IMG/VR virus record: IMGVR_UViG_3300049926_000007
Span: 1 to 46,270 of that record
Reading direction: 5' to 3' (one strand)
From: a virus
Taxonomy: Duplodnaviria; Caudoviricetes
Length of the DNA stretch: 46,270 bases
Below the pieces are notes generated by a model. It did no database searches. It saw only the letters and a program-made list of their open reading frames with translations, and had not been told where the DNA came from. Numbering within the stretch: position 1 is the stretch's first letter; each line of letters starts with the position of its first letter. The translations under genes were made by a program, and so were the position numbers. Positions 1-9,600 of the stretch are shown piece by piece.

Positions 1-190
1 GCTGGGTGGATAGTCCACCCTGCCCGCATCCATGCCCTTGTGCGTACATCTACACACTATGTCCACATTTCCCACACATATCACACTATATCCACACATA
101 TCCCATGCATACGCAGGTGTGCATGACTATGCGTGCATGTGCATGTAACTCTACGTAGTCATGCAGGTCAGAGCACTACTGAACACGTTC
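1..190. repeat. Left direct terminal repeat
   Basis: Matches 46050-46270 except that the right copy has one extra 31-bp unit. Confidence 0.9.
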
Positions 191-397
191 AAAACTTGGG
201 CAGGCCTGGCTCAGCTGCATGGTCATGCTGCCTGACATGTCGCACCAAAGTAGGACATGTCGACCGTCTCAAACTAGGTCAAACCATGACAATGGACCCG
301 GGGATGTTTAAACCGGGCCTCGTGTGGTGTGGTGTCTCTCCTTAAATTTTTGCACCATAAATACATTGGAGCCTCAAGTTGGGGACCATCGTCTACA

Positions 398-413
398 TGT
401 GAGCTACGTCACA
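398..413. promoter_or_regulatory. CRP/GlxR-type box TGTGA-N6-TCACA
   Basis: tgtga gctacg tcaca, exact consensus in a non-coding region. Confidence 0.55.
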
Positions 414-452
414 CTGACCAAAACACCCCTTGCGGTTACTGGGCTGTAGGGG

Positions 453-468
453 TGTGACGCAGATCACA
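453..468. promoter_or_regulatory. CRP/GlxR-type box TGTGA-N6-TCACA
   Basis: tgtga cgcaga tcaca, exact consensus. Confidence 0.55.
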
Positions 469-814
469 TCAAAGTCATGTGTCCTAGAAGTGCTCGGGGA
501 TGGGTATATATATATATGGAGGCCCTGAACTATGCGCAGATTGCGGATGACCGCCCTAGCGGGCATCGTGCCGCACGACCGCGCCAGACTGGGTAGACCT
601 TATATAGACTCTTACAGAGCTCTGAAGAAGGGAGCCCCTGAAGGGCTCCCGTTCCAGTACTGCTCTATACCGTACCTCGGGATTCTACCTCCGTTCAAGG
701 CCCCACCGAAAGTGGGGCCGTATAGCAGCCACGGCCCATCGGCCGTGGAGATAATAGATCTGGCGCAGCTTGGCCGAAGGCCAGTGGCGCAAACCTTATA
801 TAGGGGTATGAACG

Positions 815-2797
815 ATGGCGACTGTCTACAAGACGCAAGACGGCGTCGTACACACTCAGGACCCTAGTAAGGTGAAGGTCAACAAGAACAGGCGCCCGAC
901 CAAGCGGGCGGCTGCTACAGACGCTCAGAAGCGCAAGCAGACGTTCGTCAACTACATGAAGAACGGCAAGTCGATCAAGGAGGCTTGTCAGGACATGGGC
1001 CTCACCGAGGCCCAGTACAAGTACCTGCGTACGAGTGATGCCGACTTCCGCCATGAGATGGATAAGCTTAGGCTCCTTCAGGCAGGCAACGGCGCGGCTC
1101 AAGAGAACCGCGACAACATCGCAGACTTTGAGGACTGGTGCCAGGAGTACCTGGACACCACGCTCTTCAATCACCATCTTCAGTGGGTAGACCTGCTGGA
1201 GGGTAATGATCCAAGGAACCTTCACGAGAACCAGACTTACATCAAGGGTGAACCAGAGTTCCTACTGATCAACACTCCTCCTGAGCACGCCAAGTCCACT
1301 ACCATCACGATGAACTATGTAACGTATCGGATCTGCCAGGATCCGAACATCCGAGTGATCATCGTATCTCAGACGCAGGAGATGGCCAAGAGGTTCCTTC
1401 GTGGAATCAAGGATCGTCTGGCGTCGGAGAACAAGAACTACCAGAAGCTTCAGATCGACTTCGCCCCCGAGGGTGGCTTCGATGCAGGTTCGGCGGGTTG
1501 GACCGCCGACTCTATCTACGTGTCCAGCACCAGCCGCGAGAGTGGAGAGAAGGACCCTACCGTACAGGCGCTTGGTATCGGTGGACACATCTATGGATCC
1601 CGAGCAGACCTCATCATCCTCGATGACTGTGTGACCGGAAAGAACGCCCATGAGTATGAGAAGCAGATGGACTGGCTTCAGAGGGAAGTGTACAACCGTC
1701 TCAGCTATCCTGGCGGGCGTATTCTGCTCATTGGAACTAGGCTTGCTCCTGTTGATCTATATGGTGAGATCGTAAAGAACGACTACTACGGAGATGAGGT
1801 ATCTCCCTGGACGTACCTCACTCAGCCTGCCGTGCTTGAGTATGCAGATGAGCCTGAGAACTGGAAGACTCTGTGGCCTCGCACCAACAGGCCGCCAGTC
1901 TCCCTGGTCGGCCGGTCTCTGGTAACGCAGGATGAGGATGGTCTCTGGCCTATGTGGACTGGCGAGGCGCTACGAAAGCGCCGCGCTTCTATGAGCCCTA
2001 GAAACTGGGCCCTCGTCTACATGCAGGAGTCTGTGGTTGAAGATGCGATCTTCCCAGTCAAGGCGGTTACCGCTTGCGTGGACGGAATGCGGGCAGCGGG
2101 AGTTCTGAGCAAGGGCGCTCCTGGACACAGGCCCTACGGTATGGATGGCACGTATGTGATTGGTGGGTTCGACCCCGCCATGACTGGCCACTCAGCAGCC
2201 GTAGTGATGGCCGTGGACAGAATGACTGGAGTGCGCTGGATCCTTGATGTCTGGTCCAAGGGAAGTCTCAAGCCTGAGGATATCTTCGACAAGATCAAGG
2301 AGATGACGCTGAAGTATGGCGTCAATGAGTGGCGCATTGAGACGAACGCCATGAACCTGATGGTGTCCGAGAACAGGGAGCTGAAGCAGTTCCTGTCTTC
2401 TCGCGGCTGCCTCCTTCGTGGTCACTACACCGGCAAGAACAAGTGGGACGCAGACTTTGGAGTCGCGTCCATGTCCACGCTCTTCAATGGTCATGAGCGC
2501 GGTGACCACCTGATCAGGCTTCCAAGCCGTTCCAACTCCGAGGGCATGAGGATGCTCATTGAGCAGCTCACCACGTGGGAGCCACTGCCTCCGGGAGTCA
2601 GGACCAAGAAGAAGACTGACACGGTCATGGCCCTATGGTTCGCAGAGCTTGGAGCCAGGGACGTCATCCATCAGGGCGACAGTGCTTTCATCATGGACAA
2701 CCCGTACCAGTCGCCTCGCGACAAGGAGCGTAGCACGGTCATCGACCTGGACTTCATGAGCCAGGCTCAAAACCAGCAGCACGTAGATGCCTGGTAA
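815..2797 (+). CDS. terL: Terminase large subunit with N-terminal HTH-like extension
   Basis: Walker A PPEHAKST, Walker B LIILDD, nuclease motifs GFDPA and DTVMA; first gene of the genome. Confidence 0.92.
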   Translation: MATVYKTQDGVVHTQDPSKVKVNKNRRPTKRAAATDAQKRKQTFVNYMKNGKSIKEACQDMGLTEAQYKYLRTSDADFRHEMDKLRLLQAGNGAAQENRDNIADFEDWCQEYLDTTLFNHHLQWVDLLEGNDPRNLHENQTYIKGEPEFLLINTPPEHAKSTTITMNYVTYRICQDPNIRVIIVSQTQEMAKRFLRGIKDRLASENKNYQKLQIDFAPEGGFDAGSAGWTADSIYVSSTSRESGEKDPTVQALGIGGHIYGSRADLIILDDCVTGKNAHEYEKQMDWLQREVYNRLSYPGGRILLIGTRLAPVDLYGEIVKNDYYGDEVSPWTYLTQPAVLEYADEPENWKTLWPRTNRPPVSLVGRSLVTQDEDGLWPMWTGEALRKRRASMSPRNWALVYMQESVVEDAIFPVKAVTACVDGMRAAGVLSKGAPGHRPYGMDGTYVIGGFDPAMTGHSAAVVMAVDRMTGVRWILDVWSKGSLKPEDIFDKIKEMTLKYGVNEWRIETNAMNLMVSENRELKQFLSSRGCLLRGHYTGKNKWDADFGVASMSTLFNGHERGDHLIRLPSRSNSEGMRMLIEQLTTWEPLPPGVRTKKKTDTVMALWFAELGARDVIHQGDSAFIMDNPYQSPRDKERSTVIDLDFMSQAQNQQHVDAW

Positions 2798-2816
2798 ATA
2801 CAACACTGGAGTCATA

Positions 2817-3716
2817 ATGTCAACGCCGATGACGGCAGATACTTTCCTTTCCATCCTCAAGGCCGAGGGCCTTGTGGTGAAGGAGCATGCAGGATGGAAG
2901 ACGCACGAGAGGGATGATGAGACGGGCAAGGTCTTTGGTCCCGTCTATGGAATCATGTTCCACCACACCGCCTCTCACAACTCTTTCGATGTGATCTGGA
3001 ATGGGCGCAGCGGGCTTCCTGGCCCGCTTGCGCACGCGTACGTGGATAAGGAAGGTGTCGTATGGCTGACCTCAGCTGGAAGGGCTAATCATGGCGGAGG
3101 AGGCTCTCCCGCCGTTCTCGCGGCCGTAAAGGCTCAGAGCTATGGAGACACCCCTCCCGCCACTCACTGCCATGAGGGAAGCGCTGGAGCCGCTGATGGC
3201 AACGACGCTTTCTATGGGTTCGAGTGTGAGAACCTCGGCAACGGAGACGATGAGTGGCCCGCCACTCAGACTACTGCTATGGTCAAGATCGCTGTAGCGA
3301 TCGCTCATCACTATGACTGGAACGCCAAGAGTGTTATCGGGCACCTTGAGTGGTCGGACTGGAAGTCCGATCCTCGCGGCTTCAGCATGAAGACCTTCAG
3401 GTCTCTGGTCCAGAAGGGCCTTGATGCCAAGAAGGTTGTCAAGCCAACCGTTCCAAAGCCCACTCCCGTTTACGCTCCGTTCCCCGGAACCAGCTACTTC
3501 AAGCTAGGCAAGAAGCATGCCCTCATTAAGGCGATGGGTAAGCGTCTTGTGGCCGAGGGATACAAGGGCTACAAGGTTGGACCTGGCGAGGAGTTCACCC
3601 GAGCCGACATCAAGGCGTATGCCTGGTGGCAGAAGAAGCTTGGCTACAGCGGATCCTCCGCTGATGGCTACCCAGGCAAGACGAGCTGGGATAAGCTCAA
3701 GGTTCCGAAGGTATAA
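2817..3716 (+). CDS. Endolysin, N-acetylmuramoyl-L-alanine amidase with C-terminal peptidoglycan-binding domain
   Basis: HHTA, GFECEN, GHLEW..KSDP amidase_2 motifs; C-terminal ADGYPGKTSW; GGAG SD before ATG 2817. Confidence 0.88.
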   Translation: MSTPMTADTFLSILKAEGLVVKEHAGWKTHERDDETGKVFGPVYGIMFHHTASHNSFDVIWNGRSGLPGPLAHAYVDKEGVVWLTSAGRANHGGGGSPAVLAAVKAQSYGDTPPATHCHEGSAGAADGNDAFYGFECENLGNGDDEWPATQTTAMVKIAVAIAHHYDWNAKSVIGHLEWSDWKSDPRGFSMKTFRSLVQKGLDAKKVVKPTVPKPTPVYAPFPGTSYFKLGKKHALIKAMGKRLVAEGYKGYKVGPGEEFTRADIKAYAWWQKKLGYSGSSADGYPGKTSWDKLKVPKV

Positions 3717-3727
3717 GGAGGTGACGC

Positions 3728-5527
3728 ATGGCGCTTACAATTGACAAGGTCGCCATGAAGGTGGAAAGTCTGCGCCGTGCGTCTGCTGGTCGCGATCAGC
3801 GACAGAGGGATGTTCATGATGTGCGTTCTGGTGACATCGATACGGTGATGCCAGGAGCCATGCCTGACGCATGGCCTAAGCCGATCGTGGCCAACATGGT
3901 TGACATGGCAGCACGAGACATGGCCGAGGTCATGGGCGCAATGCCTAGCATCAACTGCGCATCGGCAGTAACCACCACGGACAAGGCGAAGAAGTTCTCT
4001 GGCAAGAGGACTAAGATCGCCAATCACTACGTACAGAACAGCAAGCTGAATGCTGGTAAGCAGATCACCTTCTGCGATTACTACAACAGCTTTGGTATGG
4101 CTGTCTACGTGATCGAGCCAGACTTCGAGAACAAGCAGCCGATCATCCGTGTAGAGAATCCCATCGGAGTCTACCCGGAGATGGATCTCTTCGGGAGGGT
4201 GAGAAGCTATACGAAGGTATGGCGCGAGGAGGCGATTCACCTCGCCTCCAAGTTCCCTCACCTGATCAGGATGCTTCAGTCCAACGAGACTGGCGGTCAT
4301 GAGTCCGGCTGGCAGGAGCGTGAGATTGAAGTCATCAAGTATGTAGATGGCGACCAGATCACCATGTACCTGCCACAGCATGGCAACACAATCGTAGACA
4401 TGATGCCCAACGTCATGGGTCGCGTCTTCGTCTCCATTGCCAAGCGTCCTGGCTTTGACAAGGAGATTCGCGGAGCCTTCGATGATGCTATCTGGGTTCA
4501 GCTAGCGAAGGCGCGCATGGCGCTTCTCGCTCTCGAAGCAACCGAGAAGTCTGTTCGTGCTCCGCTCGCAGTGCCGAGGGATGTCACTAGGCTGACCTTT
4601 GGTGATGACGCGGTTATCCGCTCCGACAATCCTCAGCTCATCAAGTACATCACGCCCGACGTTCCTCAGTTCGCGTTCCAGGAAGGATCGATCCTGGACC
4701 AGGAGGCCCGCCAGTCGATGCGCTCACCAGAGGCTCGCTCTGGAAATGTTGATGCCTCGATCATCACTGGTCGTGGAGTTCAGGCGCTGATGGGTGGCTT
4801 CAACACTGTCATCACGACTGGACAGAGTGTCATCGCCCAGGCTCTAGCCAGGGCGCTTGCACTGTGCTTCGAGATGGATGAGAAGCTTTGGGGCAACGAG
4901 AAGAAGATTATCACTGGCCTCGTACAGGGAACGCCCTTCGAGGAGACCTACACTCCGGCTAAGGATATCGATGGAAGTTACATCGCAGACGTCACCTATG
5001 GATTTGCAGCAGGCCAGGACCCTGCTCGCGCCATCGTTGCACTTCTCCAGCTCCGTGGCGATCAGCTTGTCTCTCGTGACTTCGTACAGCGCCAACTGCC
5101 AATGGACCTCGACGTGGTTCAACTACAGTCCCAGATTGACATGGAGCAGTTCACGGACGCCCTGAAGCAGGGCATCATGGGCTTCGCCCAGACAATCCTT
5201 CCGATGGCCCAGCAGGGCGGTCAGGATCCAATGGACGCTCTCCAGAAGATTGCTTCGATCATGAAGGAGAGGGAAAAGGGTACGCCCGTACATGAGGCAG
5301 TACTCAAGGTATTCAAGCCCAAGGAGCAGCCCGCAGGGGCTGCACCAGCCAACCCGCTTGAGGCCATGCTCGGTGGACAGGCTCAGGCTGGTCCCGCTGG
5401 AGCACAAGCCCAGCAGCAGGGCGGCGGAGGACAGCAGGGCATGGATATCCAAAGCCTTCTCTCCGGTCTGACCGGGAAGGGCGATGCAACAATGACCGCC
5501 TCTACCAAGAGGCGCCAGGCAATCTAA
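3728..5527 (+). CDS. Portal protein
   Basis: 599 aa, follows terminase/lysin, Gln/Gly-rich C-terminus typical of podovirus portals; AAGGAGG SD. Confidence 0.8.
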   Translation: MALTIDKVAMKVESLRRASAGRDQRQRDVHDVRSGDIDTVMPGAMPDAWPKPIVANMVDMAARDMAEVMGAMPSINCASAVTTTDKAKKFSGKRTKIANHYVQNSKLNAGKQITFCDYYNSFGMAVYVIEPDFENKQPIIRVENPIGVYPEMDLFGRVRSYTKVWREEAIHLASKFPHLIRMLQSNETGGHESGWQEREIEVIKYVDGDQITMYLPQHGNTIVDMMPNVMGRVFVSIAKRPGFDKEIRGAFDDAIWVQLAKARMALLALEATEKSVRAPLAVPRDVTRLTFGDDAVIRSDNPQLIKYITPDVPQFAFQEGSILDQEARQSMRSPEARSGNVDASIITGRGVQALMGGFNTVITTGQSVIAQALARALALCFEMDEKLWGNEKKIITGLVQGTPFEETYTPAKDIDGSYIADVTYGFAAGQDPARAIVALLQLRGDQLVSRDFVQRQLPMDLDVVQLQSQIDMEQFTDALKQGIMGFAQTILPMAQQGGQDPMDALQKIASIMKEREKGTPVHEAVLKVFKPKEQPAGAAPANPLEAMLGGQAQAGPAGAQAQQQGGGGQQGMDIQSLLSGLTGKGDATMTASTKRRQAI

Positions 5528-5535
5528 GGAGAACT

Positions 5536-5769
5536 ATGAGCGACGCAATGTTCGCTGGAGATCACGGCCCTCAGGGCGACTGGGCAACTCTTAAGGGGCG
5601 CATGCTGGCGCCATGGGAGCTTGCATATGATGAGCAGGATCAGAACATTGGTCCAGATCGTCTGAACCAGGAAGTGAACACGAACGACTGGGTGAAGACT
5701 GGTCCGGTTATGGCCGGACCGTACGATCCTATGAACCTAACCCGTGGTGGCGGGACGATGGCCAAGTAA
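5536..5769 (+). CDS. Hypothetical protein
   Basis: AAGGAG SD, packed in operon. Confidence 0.75.
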   Translation: MSDAMFAGDHGPQGDWATLKGRMLAPWELAYDEQDQNIGPDRLNQEVNTNDWVKTGPVMAGPYDPMNLTRGGGTMAK

Positions 5770-5777
5770 GGAGTTTC

Positions 5778-5990
5778 ATGGATGAGAACGAGATCATGCA
5801 GACTATTGAGGTCGGATCGGCCAAGCATAATCGCTGGTCCGTTCTCATCCTGACTCTGAATTGGGCTACGCAGGTGGTTGAGCAGACCGCTCAGACACTA
5901 GAAGGTTTTACGATGATGGCTGCCCAGCATGCCAACCATGTCAAGGACCAGGATAACTTCCTGGAACTGACTAAGCATTGGGAGAAGTGA
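5778..5990 (+). CDS. Hypothetical protein
   Basis: AAGGAG SD, packed in operon. Confidence 0.75.
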   Translation: MDENEIMQTIEVGSAKHNRWSVLILTLNWATQVVEQTAQTLEGFTMMAAQHANHVKDQDNFLELTKHWEK

Positions 5991-6400
5991 TGGCTGAAGT
6001 ATCTGGCCCTGGTCAGTTCAGCAAGAGGACTGACACTCAGGGCAAGCAGGCCCTACCCGATGCGCAGTACGGAGAGAACAAGGACTATCAGGAGCAGCAG
6101 TCGGGAGCCAAGCAAGCGGCTTCGCCTGGTGGCAATGTTGACTTCGCTAGTCTGTTCGGCAATCCAGCCGACAAGGTTACTCCACTCTCTGCACCGAGTA
6201 CTCAGCCTCAGACCGCAGTCACTGATGGCGCAGCCCTTGGGGCTGGCGCCGGTACAGAAGCTCTAGGGCTTCCTGATCAGAGTACTGAGGATCTCCAGAA
6301 GCTCGTTCCCTACATGCCAGTACTTGAGTACATGGCTAATCAGCAGGGCGCATCGTGGGCGATGCGCAATGTTGTACGTAAGGTCAAGGCGATGATGTGA
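5990..6400 (+). CDS. Hypothetical (probable virion) protein
   Basis: TGATG overlap with the upstream gene, GGAG SD; begins MAEVSGPG. Confidence 0.75.
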   Translation: MAEVSGPGQFSKRTDTQGKQALPDAQYGENKDYQEQQSGAKQAASPGGNVDFASLFGNPADKVTPLSAPSTQPQTAVTDGAALGAGAGTEALGLPDQSTEDLQKLVPYMPVLEYMANQQGASWAMRNVVRKVKAMM

Positions 6401-6600
6401 CGAGTCTTGAGTATCAGTATGGTGGCCAGTGGTTCGATGATATGGGATCACTGGCTGCTGTATTCTCCGACGCTCCCGCTCTCGGTATCGAGATCGGTCG
6501 AGCGCACCTTAAGCGCGAAGAGGCTAATGGCCTCGCTTCCAATCTACTGAATGCAGGCGTGACTCCGTACGCGAGTCCGGAGCCGCCGATAGGAGTCTGA
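6397..6600 (+). CDS. Hypothetical protein
   Basis: GTGA overlap with the upstream gene. Confidence 0.65.
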   Translation: MTSLEYQYGGQWFDDMGSLAAVFSDAPALGIEIGRAHLKREEANGLASNLLNAGVTPYASPEPPIGV

Positions 6601-6602
6601 GT

Positions 6603-9600
6603 ATGTCCACACCACTATCTCCAGCAGACCTTGAGGCAACTCAGCGAGACCTTCTCAAGGGTGCTGTGGACTACGATCAGCTCCCAGCTTCTACTATCAC
6701 CCAGCTACAGAGCTACTGGGATACTCACCCCAACGCTCAGCAGGATCAGAACACTGACCCAGCAGCGCTAGCAAAGCTGAAGCAGGATCGTGCTTCGGTT
6801 GCTGGCCAGGGCGACATCCTTTCCTCTCCGATCTTCAAGCCGGTTGAGTGGCTAGGCTCCAAGCTCTATAGCCTGTACAGCAACACTGTATCTCCAGCGA
6901 CCTCCATGGTCGCGCTGACTGCGCGACGCCTCATCTGGGGTAAGTCTGAGGATGACCCTACTGGATTCACTGATACCTACAAGGATCTGTGGAACGAGGG
7001 TCACGCCATCAGTCCAGGTCAGGCAATTTGGATGATGGGGTTCTCTGACAAGGAGCTGAAGGCGCGAGGTATCGCGCCTAACCAGATCACCCAGAACCTG
7101 ACCCCCAAGGACTATGCGTGGTCTGGACTCTTCGGGGCTAACCCAACAAAGACTACCGCCGAAGGCGAGAAGGCCAAGAACCAGTACTTCAACAATGGAG
7201 CAGCTCAGTTCGTAACCGGAGCACTTGACTTCGGAGTCTCCTGGTATGCGGATCCGCTGGTTCTTGGAGGTAAGGTAGCTGGTGCTGCCAAGGTTGCAGG
7301 CATCACTAAGCCAGTCTCTAAGCTAGCCGCTAAGAGCGGCGGAGACTTTGATAAGCTTACGGCCGGTTCGGCATTCTCCAGCATGACCAAGAAGGTCATG
7401 GACATCAAGGCGAAGAACCCTGACACCGCAGCCCTAAGGCTGCGAGAGTTCCCAACCGTCAGCAAGTCCGCCAACGGAGATATGCTGGCCAGGCTTCTGG
7501 CTGACGCAAAGGATGAGTCTCAGGTGACTCGCGTACTGCGAGTCAGCATCGGAGATTACAAGGGATACCTTGGTCTTGAGGCTGACAACATGCGTCTTGC
7601 TTACCAGGTCAAGACTGCCACACAGCGCGTACAGGCCCTCAACACGTCCTACAACGCCCTGCCAGCAGCAAGGCAGGGAAGTCTGTTCGGACAGAAGCTG
7701 AAGGCTTACATCGGCGCTCAGGAGGATATGGTCAGTAAGCTGGATTCCGAGAACGGAATCCTGACTGAGACCATGAAGGCTTTTGGCTCCGTTGACAATC
7801 TGAACTACAACAGGATCACCACGCCACTCGGACTCAAGGTCAAGGCTGGTATCCAGGACTCCAGCCTCAAGCAGGTCAAGGGTCAGGGAATCATCAAGGC
7901 GACTCCTGCACTGATCTACAACGCAGCAGTTGGTTTCCCGATTCACCTCATCCGTTCGTACAACGACATCAAGCCTTCCGCCTACCTAGAGCTTCACGCC
8001 GAGGATAGCTACAAGGAGCTTGGTTCGACGCTTGACGAGTCCAACTCGCTGACTAAGGCAGAGAAGGACAAGTACGTCTCGGACTACATCAAGTCCACTC
8101 CCAATGAGCGCGGTCAGCTCATGGTCAACATTGAGCGTGGTGTCAGTCAGAAGATCCTGGACAAGGTGAATGCGGATCGCGCCCGCAAGGGCAAGAGCGC
8201 ACTTGATCCTGACATGGCACACCAGCTGTATGACGACTTCGTGCAGCGCCGTAGCGCTGCTCAGGGAAGCGCTCGCACTAAGCGTTCGTACTCTGCGAGC
8301 AGGCTCACCAACGGCAACACTGGACTGAGCTACAATGTTGCCGAGATCGACGCTGGTGGCGGTCGCGTGATTGCGACGCCACTCTATGAGACTCAGCTAG
8401 CAAACTCTCACGTCGTGATGGACTTCAAGAACTTTGAGAAGATTCTTCAGGAGCAGGGAGATAGCTTCCAGACTCTCAAGAACAGCCTTGGAAACAAGTG
8501 GCACACCGGTAATGAGATCGCTGACACGCTCGGAACGTACTGGAAGTTCGCTCAGCTCTTCCGTCTAGGCTATGCACCTCGCGCACTAGCCGATGACTTC
8601 ATGGGTCAGGTGGCACGCTATGGCGCTCTCTCTATGGCCAGTCGTGCAGGTAAGGGTGCTGTTAACGTAACCAACAAGATCCTACAGGGAACATGGGCTG
8701 GAGCTAGCAAGGGAGCAATTACCGAGCAGCTCAAGATTCAGCACGCCATGAACAGTGTCCACCTTGAGGATCTAGGTCGCGTTGAGCAGCGTCTCAAGAT
8801 TGAGATCGCCGGTAAGCAGGGAAACTACAACGTAACCAACCTTCAGCAGGAACTGTCTGATGTGCAGACCGAGCTTCAGGCCACCAAGGATGACATGCTC
8901 AAGGTCAGCAACACCATCAAGGGCGCTTCTGAAGTGGACCGCTCCACTAAGGTTGGACGTCAGGTCTTCAACTCTCCACTTGGCGGAGTGCAGGGAAACC
9001 TGTTCCGCGATCTCCTTTCGGGAGAGCGCAACTTCGGCAACATGATGGGACGAGCTGCCGACTGGCACCTTAAGCGCGCTCGCGCTGGTGATTGGGAGAA
9101 CATTCAGGCAACTGTCCATGGAGTAGATCGTCACCGTAGCGCATGGTCCAGGAAGATTAATGATCAGATTGCGCAGTCTGCTATCGGTCGTCAGATGCTC
9201 ACTGGAAAGTCCGAGGACGAGCTAGTCAATTGGATGAGGACCACGCCCGAGGGGCGTGCCTACAGGGCTGACATCGGAGATAAGAACATGCCGATCAGGG
9301 AGCGCGCTAAGCGCGTCCTGGCGGACTTCAATGACACCCTGAATCCGAACATCGTTGGCATGGATTCAATCAAGGCTGACATCCTGGCTGGCAAGTTCGA
9401 CATGAAGAAGCTTGAAGAGATTGTTCCGGTTGGAGCAAGGCCCATCATCAATGGTGAGTCCTTCAAGTATGCATCTGGAACGAGTGCACTCAGCAGGACT
9501 ATGGACAACATGGTCTCTGGCTTCTACAACGTAGCTAACCAGATCCCAGCGAACAAGCTTCTGCGCAATCCACTCTTCGCACAGCAGTACAAGGCTCACC

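Noticed and set aside
133-867. ORFs 133-345 and 532-867 as genes (small terminase)
   Set aside because: Unusual composition, overlap with repeats and hairpins, no recognisable motifs; 532 has an upstream GGAGG, so it is not fully excluded
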